Source of the DNA: Verrucomicrobiales bacterium
GTDB taxonomy: Bacteria; Verrucomicrobiota; Verrucomicrobiia; Verrucomicrobiales; V1-33
Assembly (NCBI GenBank): GCA_031411295.1
Contig: JANOAV010000098.1
Location: 1 to 53,307, forward strand
Direction: 5' to 3'
Length of the DNA stretch: 53,307 bases
The notes beneath the pieces are model-generated. The model did no database searches. It was not told the origin of the DNA and saw only the letters and a program-made list of their open reading frames with translations. This document shows positions 19,360 to 29,635 of this stretch, piece by piece; position 1 is the stretch's first letter, and every line of letters starts with the position of its first letter. A program made the position numbers and the translations under genes.

Positions 19360-21666
19360 ATGTCCAATACCGAACTTCTTGCCAAAGCTCCTTGCGATGC
19401 TCCGCCATCGCAGGCCGCTGATCAGGCCCCCAAAAACTCTCCCTCAGACCTAGCCACCAGCGGGGCGCTGTCCGTGGATCGCATCTTTGGCGCGGACAAG
19501 GAATTAAAGTCGGAAACCTGGGGCCCTGCGCACTGGCTGAAGGATTGTTCTGGTTATACTACCTTGGAAGTGTCGGAAAATTTCAAACACCTGGAAGACG
19601 CCAAGGAGATTAAGGACATCGTCAAATATGATCCCGCTTCCGGCCGACGCGAAATCTTGGTGCCCGCAGAGGATCTTATTCCTGTCGGTCAGGATGCGCC
19701 TCTTAAGATTGAAAACTATGCATGGACCGAAGATGGCGCACAATTGCTCATCTTCACCAATGCTCAACGCGTCTGGCGCGAAAAGACACGCGGAGATTAC
19801 TGGCTGCTGCATCGCAGCAGCAAAACGCTCCGACAGCTCGGTGGCGATGCCGCTCCAGCCACGATGATGTTCGCCACGTTCTCCCCGGACGGCACCCGGG
19901 TGGCTTATGTCTGCCTGAACAATCTTTTCGTGCAGACTTTGGATGATTTGACCATTACCCAATTAACCTCCGATGGCTCCACCACCACCATCAACGGAAC
20001 CGCGGATTGGGTCAATGAGGAGGAGTTCCACCTGCGTAACGGCCTGCGCTGGAGTCCAGACTCCCGGTCGATCGCTTACTGGCAATTCGATACCACTGGG
20101 GTGCGGGAATTTCCGCTCGTGAATCTAACCGAATCACTTTATCCCAAAGTCAACACTTACGCTTACCCCAAAGTAGGCGAAACCAACTCCGCCTGCCGGG
20201 TGGGTGTCGTCAGCGCGAGCGGCGGAGCAACCACTTGGTTCAGTCCCAACAAAGATCCCAGAAATCATTACATCCCCCGGATGGAGTGGTCGAACGTCTC
20301 CCCTCGCCTGCTTTTCCAACATCTGAACCGCCTCCAAAACACGAATCAATTTATCAGCGCGGATCCTGCTACTGGGGAGATCGAAGTGATCTTCACCGAC
20401 CGTGATGACACCTGGGTGGAAGTCATGACCGACTGGAGATGGATCGAAGGTGGGGCTCGTTTCCTCTGGCTAAGCGAACGCGATGGCTGGCAGCATCTCT
20501 ACTCTGTTTCCATCGAAGATCAGTCGGTGCGTTTGCTCACCCCGGGTGATTTCGATGTGGTTAGTCTGGTCGGCGTGGATGAACAAATCGGCTGCGCCTA
20601 CTTCATTGCCTCGCCCGACAATCCGACCCAGCGCTATCTATATCGTGCCCGATTGGACGGGACCGGCGGAGTGGAGCGCGTCACCCCCGCAGCACAACCA
20701 GGCACCCACGCGTATCGTTTCTCGACGGATGGTCTGTGGGCCTTCCATACCTTCTCGCGGTTCGGTCAACCTCCCGTCATTGAATTAGTTAGTCTCCCGG
20801 ATCATAAATTGATCCGCGTGTTGGCGGGGAACGATGACCTACGGGTCAAACTGGCTTCCATCACGCCTTGCCCGCAGGAGTTTTTTAAGGTGGACATCGG
20901 TGAGGGGATCGCAGTCGATGCTTGGTGCATCAAGCCTCCCGACTTCGATCCCGCCCGCAGCTATCCCCTGTTCATCCATGTTTATGGCGAACCTGCCGCC
21001 TCCACGGTGCTCGATACCTGGGGCGGGGAAAATTATCTTTGGCACACCATGCTGGCCCAGCGCGGCTATGTTGTAATGAGCATCGACAACCGTGGCACCC
21101 CCGCTCCGCTCGGACGCGCTTGGCGAAAAAGTGTTTATCGACAAATCGGCAGTCTCGCCTCAGCGGATCAAGCCGCAGCCACGCGTGAGATCCTTCGTCA
21201 GCGCCCCTACCTCGATCCACAGCGCGTCGGGATCTGGGGTTGGAGTGGCGGTGGCTCCATGAGTTTAAATGCCATTTTCCGTCACCCGGATCTTTACCAG
21301 ACCGCCATGGCCATCGCCTTCGTGGCCAACCAGCGTTACTACGATACCATTTATCAGGAACGCTACATGGGACTGCCCTCCGACAACGAAGCCGGCTTCA
21401 CGCACGGATCGCCCGTCACTTTTGCGCATCAACTACAGGGCAATCTCCTGCTCGTTTATGGCACGGGGGATGACAATTGCCACTACCAGAACTGTGAGGT
21501 CATGGTCAATGAACTGATCACCCACCACAAACAGTTCTCTCAAATCGCCTATCCCAACTGTGACCACGCGCTCGACAACAACAAGAACACAAAACGTCAC
21601 CTCTACGCCACGCTGACACGTTATCTTGGCGATCACCTCCCCTTAACTCCCGCCCTCCTTTCCTAA
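19360..21666 (+). CDS. Dipeptidyl peptidase IV (S9B family)
   Basis: DWVNEEEF, YPKVGETNS, GWSGGG nucleophile, DDNCH Asp and DH His; beta-propeller N-terminus. Confidence 0.92.
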   Translation: MSNTELLAKAPCDAPPSQAADQAPKNSPSDLATSGALSVDRIFGADKELKSETWGPAHWLKDCSGYTTLEVSENFKHLEDAKEIKDIVKYDPASGRREILVPAEDLIPVGQDAPLKIENYAWTEDGAQLLIFTNAQRVWREKTRGDYWLLHRSSKTLRQLGGDAAPATMMFATFSPDGTRVAYVCLNNLFVQTLDDLTITQLTSDGSTTTINGTADWVNEEEFHLRNGLRWSPDSRSIAYWQFDTTGVREFPLVNLTESLYPKVNTYAYPKVGETNSACRVGVVSASGGATTWFSPNKDPRNHYIPRMEWSNVSPRLLFQHLNRLQNTNQFISADPATGEIEVIFTDRDDTWVEVMTDWRWIEGGARFLWLSERDGWQHLYSVSIEDQSVRLLTPGDFDVVSLVGVDEQIGCAYFIASPDNPTQRYLYRARLDGTGGVERVTPAAQPGTHAYRFSTDGLWAFHTFSRFGQPPVIELVSLPDHKLIRVLAGNDDLRVKLASITPCPQEFFKVDIGEGIAVDAWCIKPPDFDPARSYPLFIHVYGEPAASTVLDTWGGENYLWHTMLAQRGYVVMSIDNRGTPAPLGRAWRKSVYRQIGSLASADQAAATREILRQRPYLDPQRVGIWGWSGGGSMSLNAIFRHPDLYQTAMAIAFVANQRYYDTIYQERYMGLPSDNEAGFTHGSPVTFAHQLQGNLLLVYGTGDDNCHYQNCEVMVNELITHHKQFSQIAYPNCDHALDNNKNTKRHLYATLTRYLGDHLPLTPALLS

Positions 21667-21667
21667 C

Positions 21668-22831
21668 ATGGAATCATCTTCCGCTCCCGCTCGCATTGCC
21701 GCCGGCATCCCCGAAGTCCACAGCAGCCTTTACTGGCGCATTCGCTTCTCCGTGGGCGATCAAGTCGTCCTCATTGAGCTACCCAAGGAAACTGGCAGCG
21801 AATCCATCTTGATCCTGCGCGACATCGAAATGGATCGCGCCCGGCAACACGCCCGCGTTGATCGCGTCGCCTGCCCTGCGCATTTTACACCAGAAGGTGG
21901 ACTGTCAGGAGATCGGGAGACCGCCAACGCCCAAGCCGCCGCCGAATGCCTGCGTCGTGCTGGAGTCACTCACGCGGTGGGCGATCGCACATTGCCGCTC
22001 ATTTTCGCAGACTTCGCCCGGAAGGCTGGCATCACCATCGAGTGCGATCCCGAGCGCTGCGTGAAAGAGCGTCGGCAGAAATCCCCCGAAGAAATCGAGC
22101 ACCTGCGTGAAGCCCAGCGCATCACTGAAGGAGCCATTCAACTTGCCTGCGAAATGATCGCCCACGCCAATGCGCGCGCCGATGGTGTGCTCATGCATGA
22201 AGGCCAACCACTTACCTCCGAGCGCGTGCGGGCCGCTGTGGACCATTGGTTGCTGGATCGCAATTTCGTCAATCCCATGTCCATCATTGCTGGTGGTCCC
22301 TCCGCGGCCGATTGTCATTTCTATGGTTTCGGAGAACTCCGCACCAGCGAGCCCGTCATCGTTGATATCTTTCCACGCTATCGCAAAACACGTTACAATG
22401 GCGACTGCACCCGCACCGTCGTGCATGGCGACATCCCGGATGAAGTCACCCGCATGCACGCCGCCGTGCGAGCCGCCAAACTGGCCGCCGAGCAAACCAT
22501 CAAAGTCGGAGCCACGGGTGAAGCCGTCCACCGCGCCACCATTCAAGCCATGCTCGACGCAGGCTACGCCTTCGGCCTGCCTAAAGAAGACTCACTGCTT
22601 TCCTATTGCGCCCTCACCCACGGCACTGGCCACGGCATTGGCCTCGACGTTCACGAACCGCCCCTGCTGGACATCAAAGGCCCCGCCCTCCTCGCAGGCG
22701 AAGCCCTCACCGTCGAACCCGGCCTCTACCGCCGAGACCTTGGCGGCGTGCGCATCGAGGACATGGTCATTGTGACTGAAAACGGCTGCGATAACCTGAA
22801 CAAGCTGAGTGACGCGCTCTGCTGGAAATAA
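21668..22831 (+). CDS. Xaa-Pro aminopeptidase / M24 family metallopeptidase
   Basis: DIFP, YNGDCTRT, HGTGHGIGLDVHEPP, TVEPGLY, GVRIED motifs. Confidence 0.92.
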   Translation: MESSSAPARIAAGIPEVHSSLYWRIRFSVGDQVVLIELPKETGSESILILRDIEMDRARQHARVDRVACPAHFTPEGGLSGDRETANAQAAAECLRRAGVTHAVGDRTLPLIFADFARKAGITIECDPERCVKERRQKSPEEIEHLREAQRITEGAIQLACEMIAHANARADGVLMHEGQPLTSERVRAAVDHWLLDRNFVNPMSIIAGGPSAADCHFYGFGELRTSEPVIVDIFPRYRKTRYNGDCTRTVVHGDIPDEVTRMHAAVRAAKLAAEQTIKVGATGEAVHRATIQAMLDAGYAFGLPKEDSLLSYCALTHGTGHGIGLDVHEPPLLDIKGPALLAGEALTVEPGLYRRDLGGVRIEDMVIVTENGCDNLNKLSDALCWK

Positions 22832-22859
22832 GCCAGGCTGTATTTGATAACTAATCATC

Positions 22860-22985
22860 GTAGCGGGAGCGCCCTCGCTCCCATTCTCTGTTTCAGGGAC
22901 GCCCTCGTCCCCAGAGTTCAGCTAGTGGGAACTGGGAGCGGGGGCGCTCCCTTTACAGTGCGGTGAGCGAGGGCGCTCACCCTAC
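22860..22985. repeat. Cluster of four GTAG-family REP-like palindromes (two forward, two inverted; BIME-like)
   Basis: GTAGCGGGAGCGCCCTCGCTCCC (22860-22882), degenerate GGGACGCCCTCGTCCC (~22896-22911), inverted GGGAGCGGGGGCGCTCCCTTTAC (22934-22956) and GTGAGCGAGGGCGCTCACCCTAC (22963-22985). Confidence 0.8.
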
Positions 22986-23133
22986 GTTGCTCACCAAAAG
23001 TGTGCCTTGCGGAAATTGGCAGGAATACCTTACCTGCCCCATTTCTGGGTCAGTAGTCAGCGCTGATTTTGTTTCCATCTGAGGGTGATGAGCGTATTGC
23101 TTGCAGTGTTGGTAGTATCCCCCCACCGCAACC

Positions 23134-26100
23134 ATGAGAGACCTTCATTTCCCACCGTTTTTACTTCTCGCCAGATCGCCACGCAGCCACTTTCTGCGAC
23201 GGATTCGTGTTGACCACTTCTTCCTCCTCTGCCTGACGCTGTTCGCCACGCTCCAGGTTGGCTTAGCTGGCACTATGTCGTCCAGCGCCAGTGCTCCCGC
23301 CGTCAATGGGTTCGACATCGCGAATCTTGGAGATCGGGTGGGAGAGGATAAATTCTGGGCGGAAGGCGGCACCGCGGCTGGCAGTGCCCATGGTCAGACG
23401 TTTCGCACCGGCAGTGCGGCTTTGTGGCTAAAGTCCGTCACTTACAAAATCAACGCTGGGAATGAAGCGGATCCCACCAAGACTTACGTCGTCCGCATTG
23501 GCAAAGTTTCCGGCACCACGTTCACTCAGGTGCATACGGAAACCTTTACGCAGAGCATTCAGTGGCTGGAGAATCGTTACATGACATGGACGTTCACCAC
23601 GCCGGTGCTGCTCTATGGAGATAGCACTTACGGGCTGGACATCGGCATGACCAACAGCACCTCCACCTGGCAGACAGGGATTCCTTACCTCACTCTCACG
23701 GCCAATGATTACCTTGGCGGACAATTTTACCTTTCTGGCACCGCCACGGCTGGCGTGGGTGACAATACCCTGGAATTTACCGTGAATCGGGATCGCGTGT
23801 TCCATCTGGATCTCGATGCTCCCACGGGCACCACGCTGGCTTTCATTGCCGGTAATCCACCGGATGGCACGAGCGGAAATTTAGTTCGGCCTGAGGTCAT
23901 TGCGACATTCAATCAGAATCTCACCAAGGGCACCGGAAACATTATCATTCGCAACATCACGAACACGGCTGCCATCACTAGCGTGACGGTTCCGATCACC
24001 GATCCGCGCATTTCCATCTCCGCCAATAATCTCAAGATCGCCTCCGCTGGCTTGTTCGATTGGGGCATCAAATATTCCGTTCGCATTTCTGCGGGAGCGT
24101 TGCTGGGCACTGGTGGCGTGGCCTTTCCAGGCTGGGCGGATGATACCACGTGGAACTTCAACATGGGTGCGGCGGACCCTCTGCTAGCCGCTATCGCTGC
24201 ACTGAAGGCTCACATCAATGGCACGACAGTGCTCACGGATACGCAGATCGCCACGCATAGTCGCACGATGGCCAGCGAGTCCGTTCGCTATGGGGACAAT
24301 GCAGCAAATATCACTGCTCTTTTCGACCTCATTAAAACTCATGAAACCGCGATTGGACCGCTCTGGGTTGTGGGCGGTGACTTGGATCGCGATCTCGAGG
24401 CCGATGACGTGCCGTGGACGATTTATCGGACGATGCAGGGGATCATGGACTCCATTTATAACGCTCCGACGCTGGCGCTCAACGAGACCTTGATCAAGGG
24501 CTACAAGTTTGCCTGTTCGTCCCGCTTCCCAGGCACCTGTCCGGTGCCGCCCGTCACGCAAACCTATACGTTGCCGATCAATGCCAGTTTCCCCGACAGC
24601 TTCGGCCGCACCACGCAGATGTGGGGCGACCCAGCGCGCAGGCCCACGGGCACCTATCTCTCGCCAGGCACCGTTGCCACCGTAACCGTCCCTGCTGCGC
24701 TGGTGGGTAAGGGCTACCAAATCCGGGTGGGCGCACATTCCTGGGATAATTCAAATCGTCCTAACGTGAAGCGACTGGATCGGGTCTCCCTGCTCTACGA
24801 AATCGACGCCACCACCACCAAGATCGCCAGCCCCTTGGGCGGCGGCATTTACATTGAAGTGCCGCGGCTCAAGAATGAGGGCATCGTCAACGTTACGATC
24901 ACTGGCGCAGCGCGTTCGCCCTTCTTCTCCTCCACCACTCATCGGCAAACCACCTTGGCCGAATGGCAGGCTACCGAGCGCACCCAGCCCGGACCGTGGG
25001 CTGATTTCCAATCCGAGAAATTCATGTTTCAAGTGCCCCGGAGCTGGATTTACGCTTACGCCGACCCCGTCACTAACATGGCAAACTGGGACAAGGCCAT
25101 GGACGCCATCACGGACTTGATGGGATTCCCTAACGTGCGCGGCAAGGAGAGCATGTATGACCAAATCGACCTCCAACTGCGGGCCTCGGTGTATGCCCCT
25201 GGCTATCCGGCAGTGAATGGCAGCTACAATCCCACCACCACCTATACTGGAAACCAAAATCATTATCTCCTTACTGGACCGCGCAATGCCCCGGACTACG
25301 AGTTTCACGAGGCCGGGCATGGCTTCTTCTTTCCGAAATTTTCGGGAGAGCAGGAGTCCACGGTGAACTTGCTGCACATCGCGGTGCAGACCCAGAAGTT
25401 CGGCGTTACCTTTGATACGGCCCTGAAGGAGTCGAATGGCTACAACTCCTTCTGCACCTTGCCTAACACCGCTGTCGTGTGGATGACCAGCTTCAACTTC
25501 TCTCCCGAAGCGGACCCGATGGATGACTGGGAGAAATCCTACCAACCGCAGGGTCACGCCAAGTTTGCCGACCTCGCCCGACTCTTCGGCTGGAGCGGCC
25601 TGAATGAGTTTTACCGCTACTACAATGACAAGGATGATAAAGGTCAGTCCTATGCCTCAGACACCGACAGCCTGATCCTGCAGCTTTGCAAATCCTACGG
25701 CAAAGATGTGCGCCCGCTGCTGCACTTCTGGGGCATCCACCCTGCGAATGCCACGACACTGGGAACCTCCATTACGGCCTTGAAACTCAAAAAGCCGCAG
25801 GAAATCTATGATCGCATCGTCCAATACAAAGCGCTGATTCCCACGAACAACGCCACCTTTCGCACGTGGTGCACCAGTTGGTGGGGCGGCACGCTGCCCG
25901 TGATCACCGGCTACGGAGTGGAACGCGAGCATGCGCGTCAGTTGAGCACTACGCTGCAAAATGGCACCGCTCCCCAAACGCGATTCCCCACCGAAATCTA
26001 TGACGAGACCGCAGCCTCTCAAGTGAATGCGCGCGTCCAGCAGTTGCTCGATCTCTATTATCCCACGGGCCGCCCCACGGATTACTCGGCTTGGGATGCC

Positions 26101-26460
26101 TATTATCCGGGAGTCGATCTCACGAACCCTGACGCTGATTTGGATCGTGATGGCATGACCAACGACCACGAGCGCATTTGGGGTCTGGATCCCACCAAAG
26201 CGGCTTCCTCAAATCCTGTAATCGTGCCCGCCACCCTCAAGACCACGGGAAATTTCACCTATACCCGACGCACGTCCACGCTGACGGCATTAACGTTTAC
26301 CGTGTGGACCTCGCCTGACTTGGCGATTTGGACTCAAGATACCGGAGCCACCCAAACGATCTCCTCCACCGTGGCCAACGTGCAGACTGTGACCGTCAAA
26401 ATCAGCTCCGCCCTGCGCACCGGCCCCAAGCGCTTTGTCCGCGTCCAGGCCGCGCCTTAA
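23134..26460 (+). CDS. Secreted M60-like (enhancin-type) zinc metallopeptidase with Ig-like (SbsA/Big_5) domain
   Basis: PTGTYLSPG...IRVGAH...SPLGGGIYI (M60 N-terminal), PWADFQSE, FHEAGH-x8-E (GEQESTVN) gluzincin motif; ATFNQNLTKGTGNI...W Ig-like domain. Confidence 0.85.
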   Translation: MRDLHFPPFLLLARSPRSHFLRRIRVDHFFLLCLTLFATLQVGLAGTMSSSASAPAVNGFDIANLGDRVGEDKFWAEGGTAAGSAHGQTFRTGSAALWLKSVTYKINAGNEADPTKTYVVRIGKVSGTTFTQVHTETFTQSIQWLENRYMTWTFTTPVLLYGDSTYGLDIGMTNSTSTWQTGIPYLTLTANDYLGGQFYLSGTATAGVGDNTLEFTVNRDRVFHLDLDAPTGTTLAFIAGNPPDGTSGNLVRPEVIATFNQNLTKGTGNIIIRNITNTAAITSVTVPITDPRISISANNLKIASAGLFDWGIKYSVRISAGALLGTGGVAFPGWADDTTWNFNMGAADPLLAAIAALKAHINGTTVLTDTQIATHSRTMASESVRYGDNAANITALFDLIKTHETAIGPLWVVGGDLDRDLEADDVPWTIYRTMQGIMDSIYNAPTLALNETLIKGYKFACSSRFPGTCPVPPVTQTYTLPINASFPDSFGRTTQMWGDPARRPTGTYLSPGTVATVTVPAALVGKGYQIRVGAHSWDNSNRPNVKRLDRVSLLYEIDATTTKIASPLGGGIYIEVPRLKNEGIVNVTITGAARSPFFSSTTHRQTTLAEWQATERTQPGPWADFQSEKFMFQVPRSWIYAYADPVTNMANWDKAMDAITDLMGFPNVRGKESMYDQIDLQLRASVYAPGYPAVNGSYNPTTTYTGNQNHYLLTGPRNAPDYEFHEAGHGFFFPKFSGEQESTVNLLHIAVQTQKFGVTFDTALKESNGYNSFCTLPNTAVVWMTSFNFSPEADPMDDWEKSYQPQGHAKFADLARLFGWSGLNEFYRYYNDKDDKGQSYASDTDSLILQLCKSYGKDVRPLLHFWGIHPANATTLGTSITALKLKKPQEIYDRIVQYKALIPTNNATFRTWCTSWWGGTLPVITGYGVEREHARQLSTTLQNGTAPQTRFPTEIYDETAASQVNARVQQLLDLYYPTGRPTDYSAWDAYYPGVDLTNPDADLDRDGMTNDHERIWGLDPTKAASSNPVIVPATLKTTGNFTYTRRTSTLTALTFTVWTSPDLAIWTQDTGATQTISSTVANVQTVTVKISSALRTGPKRFVRVQAAP

Positions 26461-26497
26461 AGGCACTTATCAAAACTTACCTAACACCGCTTCCCCC

Positions 26498-29482
26498 ATG
26501 AAACAGCTCGCTCCAATTCTCTGCTTAGCCCTCGCGCTTTCTTCTTTCCAATTCGCTCGCTCTGCCACGTTCAGCAGCAGCGCCACCCCGCCCACCGTGG
26601 ACTCCACCGATGTGGCAAATTTGGCGGCCCAGACCGGCACGGATAAATGGTTTTTCCAGACGGCCAACGAAGCGAACCCTTCAGATGCAGCAAAAGGACA
26701 GACCTTCACCACGGGGGCCGCACCGCTGCAGTTGAAAGCGCTCACCTATAAAATCAGCGCAGGGAATAACAAAGCCGCACCCACCACTTACACCATCCGC
26801 GTGGGCACGCTCTCGGGAACAAATTTCACCCAATTGGCCAGTGAGCAGGCAACGCAGACCGTGACCACTGCGACGGGTGCCTACATCACTTGGACATTGA
26901 CCACGCCGGTGTCCCTGTTGCCGAATACGACCTACGCCGTGGATGTTGGCATGGTGTCTGGGGTTGCTTGGACCACGGGCATTCCTTACCTTTCCTATTC
27001 CGGCAACGCTACCGCCACCAATGTGGGAGTTTATTATGATTCAGGCGACTTGGGCGCAGGCGCTGCCACCGTCACCACGACTACAGCGAGGGACAGAGTT
27101 TTCCATGTGGACCTTCAGGATCCGGTGAACCCCATGCCGCCAGACGGTGCCACGGTTCCTGCGGGGGATGTGGTATTGAGTTGGGGAAACAAAACACCGA
27201 CCACGGGCACAGACGTCTGGGTGGACATTTGGTTCGGCACGAATCCGGCCTCGCTCACCAAGGTGGTTGCCGCAGGGCTGAATACCACCACGACTACCGT
27301 CAGTGCCTCGACCTCTGCCACTTACTACTGGCGGATCGATTCCTATCTTAACGGCACCCCAACTGGCACCCCATCTGCCGGCACCCAGTTCCGATTTTTT
27401 GTAACCGACACCGACAGCGATGGCCTACCGGATTCCTATGAGCTAGTTAACACGACTCCGCCGTCGAACATTGCGCTCAATCCGGGTGATGATCTGGATG
27501 CAGATGGCCTTACTAACATCCAAGAATTTCAACGCGGCACCCTGCCCCGCAACCCTGACACCGATGGTGACGGATTGAATGACGGCCCTGAACTCGCTGG
27601 CGTGGGATCGCGCCCCGCCACCGATCCCCTCAAGGCCGACACGGATGGCGATGGCCTGAACGACGGTGCCGAAAGCAACACCGGAACTTGGGTCAACGCC
27701 ACCAACACAGGCACGAATCCAATCAAACCGGACACCGATTCTGACGGTCTCAAAGACGGGGTCGAGACCAACACTGGCACCTACACGAGTGTGACCAACA
27801 CGGGCACCAGTCCACTGCTCACCGACTCCGATGCGGACGGGGCAGGCGACTGGTATGAAGTCGCCATCATCGACAAGAAGCCCTCCCTTGGCAGCCCGCC
27901 GAACTCGCCTAACAATGCCGCCTTGAAGCCGAACATCCCCTATCCACTGCCGGCTCCCAGTGCTTCCACGGGCGCTACGAACAAGCCCGTCAAAGTCTAT
28001 ATCATGTCCGGCCAATCCAACATGGTCGGCTTCGGCGTGATCGCAGGCAGTGGACCGGGCACGCTTCAGACGATATCTGGCACGGAGAAAAAGTTTCCAA
28101 ACCTCGTCGCTGCTGGCGGCGGCTGGACGACTCGAAACGATGTAAAATACCAAGGAGTCATATCGGATATCGCGAAGGGGAATCTCAAGCCGGACGTGGC
28201 GGGCGACAAATACGGTCCCGAGCTTGGCTTCGGATACGTCATGGGCTGGTATCACGACGAGCCCGTGCTCCTGATCAAGGCTTCGCAAGGAAACCGCGGC
28301 TTGATGTGGGACATCCTTCCACCCGGAAGCCCGCGCACCGTGTTCGGTGCCACTACCTACCCAGCCTACGGTGAATCACCCGAAACCTGGGCTACGGCGG
28401 GCGGCGGTCCCACGCCCTTCGTTTGGTATGCCGGCAAGCAATACGACGATTTTTTCCTGAAAGAGACGGACATGGGGCCTTCCGCCTGGGTCACCGCCCT
28501 TGCCTATCCCGCTTCCTGCCAAGTCCGCAGCAACGGCGTAGTTTATCTCAGCAAATCGGCGCATACTTCGGCCGCAACATCGGAGCCCGGCGTGGGTGCG
28601 ACGTGGTCCACCTTTTGGAGCGTGTATTCCGTGTTCAATACCGCCGACATTCTCGACAACTTCACAACCGAATATCCATCATGGGCCGCGCAGGGATTCC
28701 AGATCGCTGGCTTCGTCTGGTGGCAGGGCTACGATGACACTGCCGAACCCAGAGCGACCCGCTACGAGCCGAACCTGGTGCAGTTCATCAAACAAATCCG
28801 TTCCTATTACGAGAATCGCTACCCGACCCAGACGATCCCGAACGCGCCGTTTGTGCTCGCGACTCTCGCCACGAACGGCGGCTGGGGAAATGCGGATGTA
28901 GGCAGCGCCAAAGTTGCACAAGCCCAGCTCAACGTCGATGGCGCGAAAGGCATCTACCCCGAGTTCGCAGGAAACGTAAAAACCATGGAAGCCCGCGGAT
29001 TTTGGCGGGACACCGCAATCTCCCCCAGTGGGCAAGGCTACCACTACAACTGGAACGCCGAGACCTATCTGCTCGTCGGTGACGCCCTCGGCCGCGCCAT
29101 GGTCGAGTTGGAATCCACCACTCCGGCACCCGGCAGCTTTGCCGCATGGCAGGCCGCTAACAGCACCAGCCTAACCCTTGACCAAGATCACGACAAAGAC
29201 GGCATTCCCAATGGCATCGAGTGGTTCCTCGGCAGTGGCACCCCGCTTCCATCGATTGCCAAAGTTGGCGCAGATCAATGCCTTACCTGGACCAAGTCCG
29301 CTGGTTTCACTGGCAGCTACGGCACTGACTTCGTCGTCGAAACGTCATCCACCTTGACTGGCACTTGGACCACGGAACCCCTCGGCACCAATGTGAGCCT
29401 CACAGGCAACGATTTGAAATTCACCTTCCCCTCCTCCCTGACTGGAAAAATATTTGCCCGTCTGAAAATCATCGTGCCCTAG
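26498..29482 (+). CDS. Multidomain secreted SASA acetylesterase with TSP3-like Ca-binding repeats and an inserted CBM5/12-like module
   Basis: Signal peptide; DTDxDGLxDxxE repeats; SGQSNMVG, GPELGFG, WWQGYDD, GYHYNWNAE. Confidence 0.85.
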   Translation: MKQLAPILCLALALSSFQFARSATFSSSATPPTVDSTDVANLAAQTGTDKWFFQTANEANPSDAAKGQTFTTGAAPLQLKALTYKISAGNNKAAPTTYTIRVGTLSGTNFTQLASEQATQTVTTATGAYITWTLTTPVSLLPNTTYAVDVGMVSGVAWTTGIPYLSYSGNATATNVGVYYDSGDLGAGAATVTTTTARDRVFHVDLQDPVNPMPPDGATVPAGDVVLSWGNKTPTTGTDVWVDIWFGTNPASLTKVVAAGLNTTTTTVSASTSATYYWRIDSYLNGTPTGTPSAGTQFRFFVTDTDSDGLPDSYELVNTTPPSNIALNPGDDLDADGLTNIQEFQRGTLPRNPDTDGDGLNDGPELAGVGSRPATDPLKADTDGDGLNDGAESNTGTWVNATNTGTNPIKPDTDSDGLKDGVETNTGTYTSVTNTGTSPLLTDSDADGAGDWYEVAIIDKKPSLGSPPNSPNNAALKPNIPYPLPAPSASTGATNKPVKVYIMSGQSNMVGFGVIAGSGPGTLQTISGTEKKFPNLVAAGGGWTTRNDVKYQGVISDIAKGNLKPDVAGDKYGPELGFGYVMGWYHDEPVLLIKASQGNRGLMWDILPPGSPRTVFGATTYPAYGESPETWATAGGGPTPFVWYAGKQYDDFFLKETDMGPSAWVTALAYPASCQVRSNGVVYLSKSAHTSAATSEPGVGATWSTFWSVYSVFNTADILDNFTTEYPSWAAQGFQIAGFVWWQGYDDTAEPRATRYEPNLVQFIKQIRSYYENRYPTQTIPNAPFVLATLATNGGWGNADVGSAKVAQAQLNVDGAKGIYPEFAGNVKTMEARGFWRDTAISPSGQGYHYNWNAETYLLVGDALGRAMVELESTTPAPGSFAAWQAANSTSLTLDQDHDKDGIPNGIEWFLGSGTPLPSIAKVGADQCLTWTKSAGFTGSYGTDFVVETSSTLTGTWTTEPLGTNVSLTGNDLKFTFPSSLTGKIFARLKIIVP
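27407..27860 (+). repeat. Intragenic thrombospondin type-3-like DxDxDG calcium-binding repeats (six copies)
   Basis: DTDSDGLPDSYE, DLDADGLTNIQE, DTDGDGLNDGPE, DTDGDGLNDGAE, DTDSDGLKDGVE, DSDADGAGDWYE. Confidence 0.75.
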
Positions 29483-29635
29483 AGAAAGTGGCAACTGCGC
29501 CCTCCCATAGGTGGCGCGGGGTAGGTTCAGCGAACGATACGTCATTGTTAAATTGACGAATAAATGAAATCCGCGTGTCTTGAATTATCTCCAGGTCGTC
29601 ATCATCCTGTCTAAATCAGCCCAATCACTACCTCC

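Noticed and set aside
18237..19385. 382-aa minus-strand ORF
   Set aside because: Antisense to the SGNH-like gene that fits the operon; no motifs.
29540..29558. CGTCA-N9-TGACG dyad upstream of the Sel1 gene
   Set aside because: 5-bp arms and a single occurrence; too weak to call an operator.
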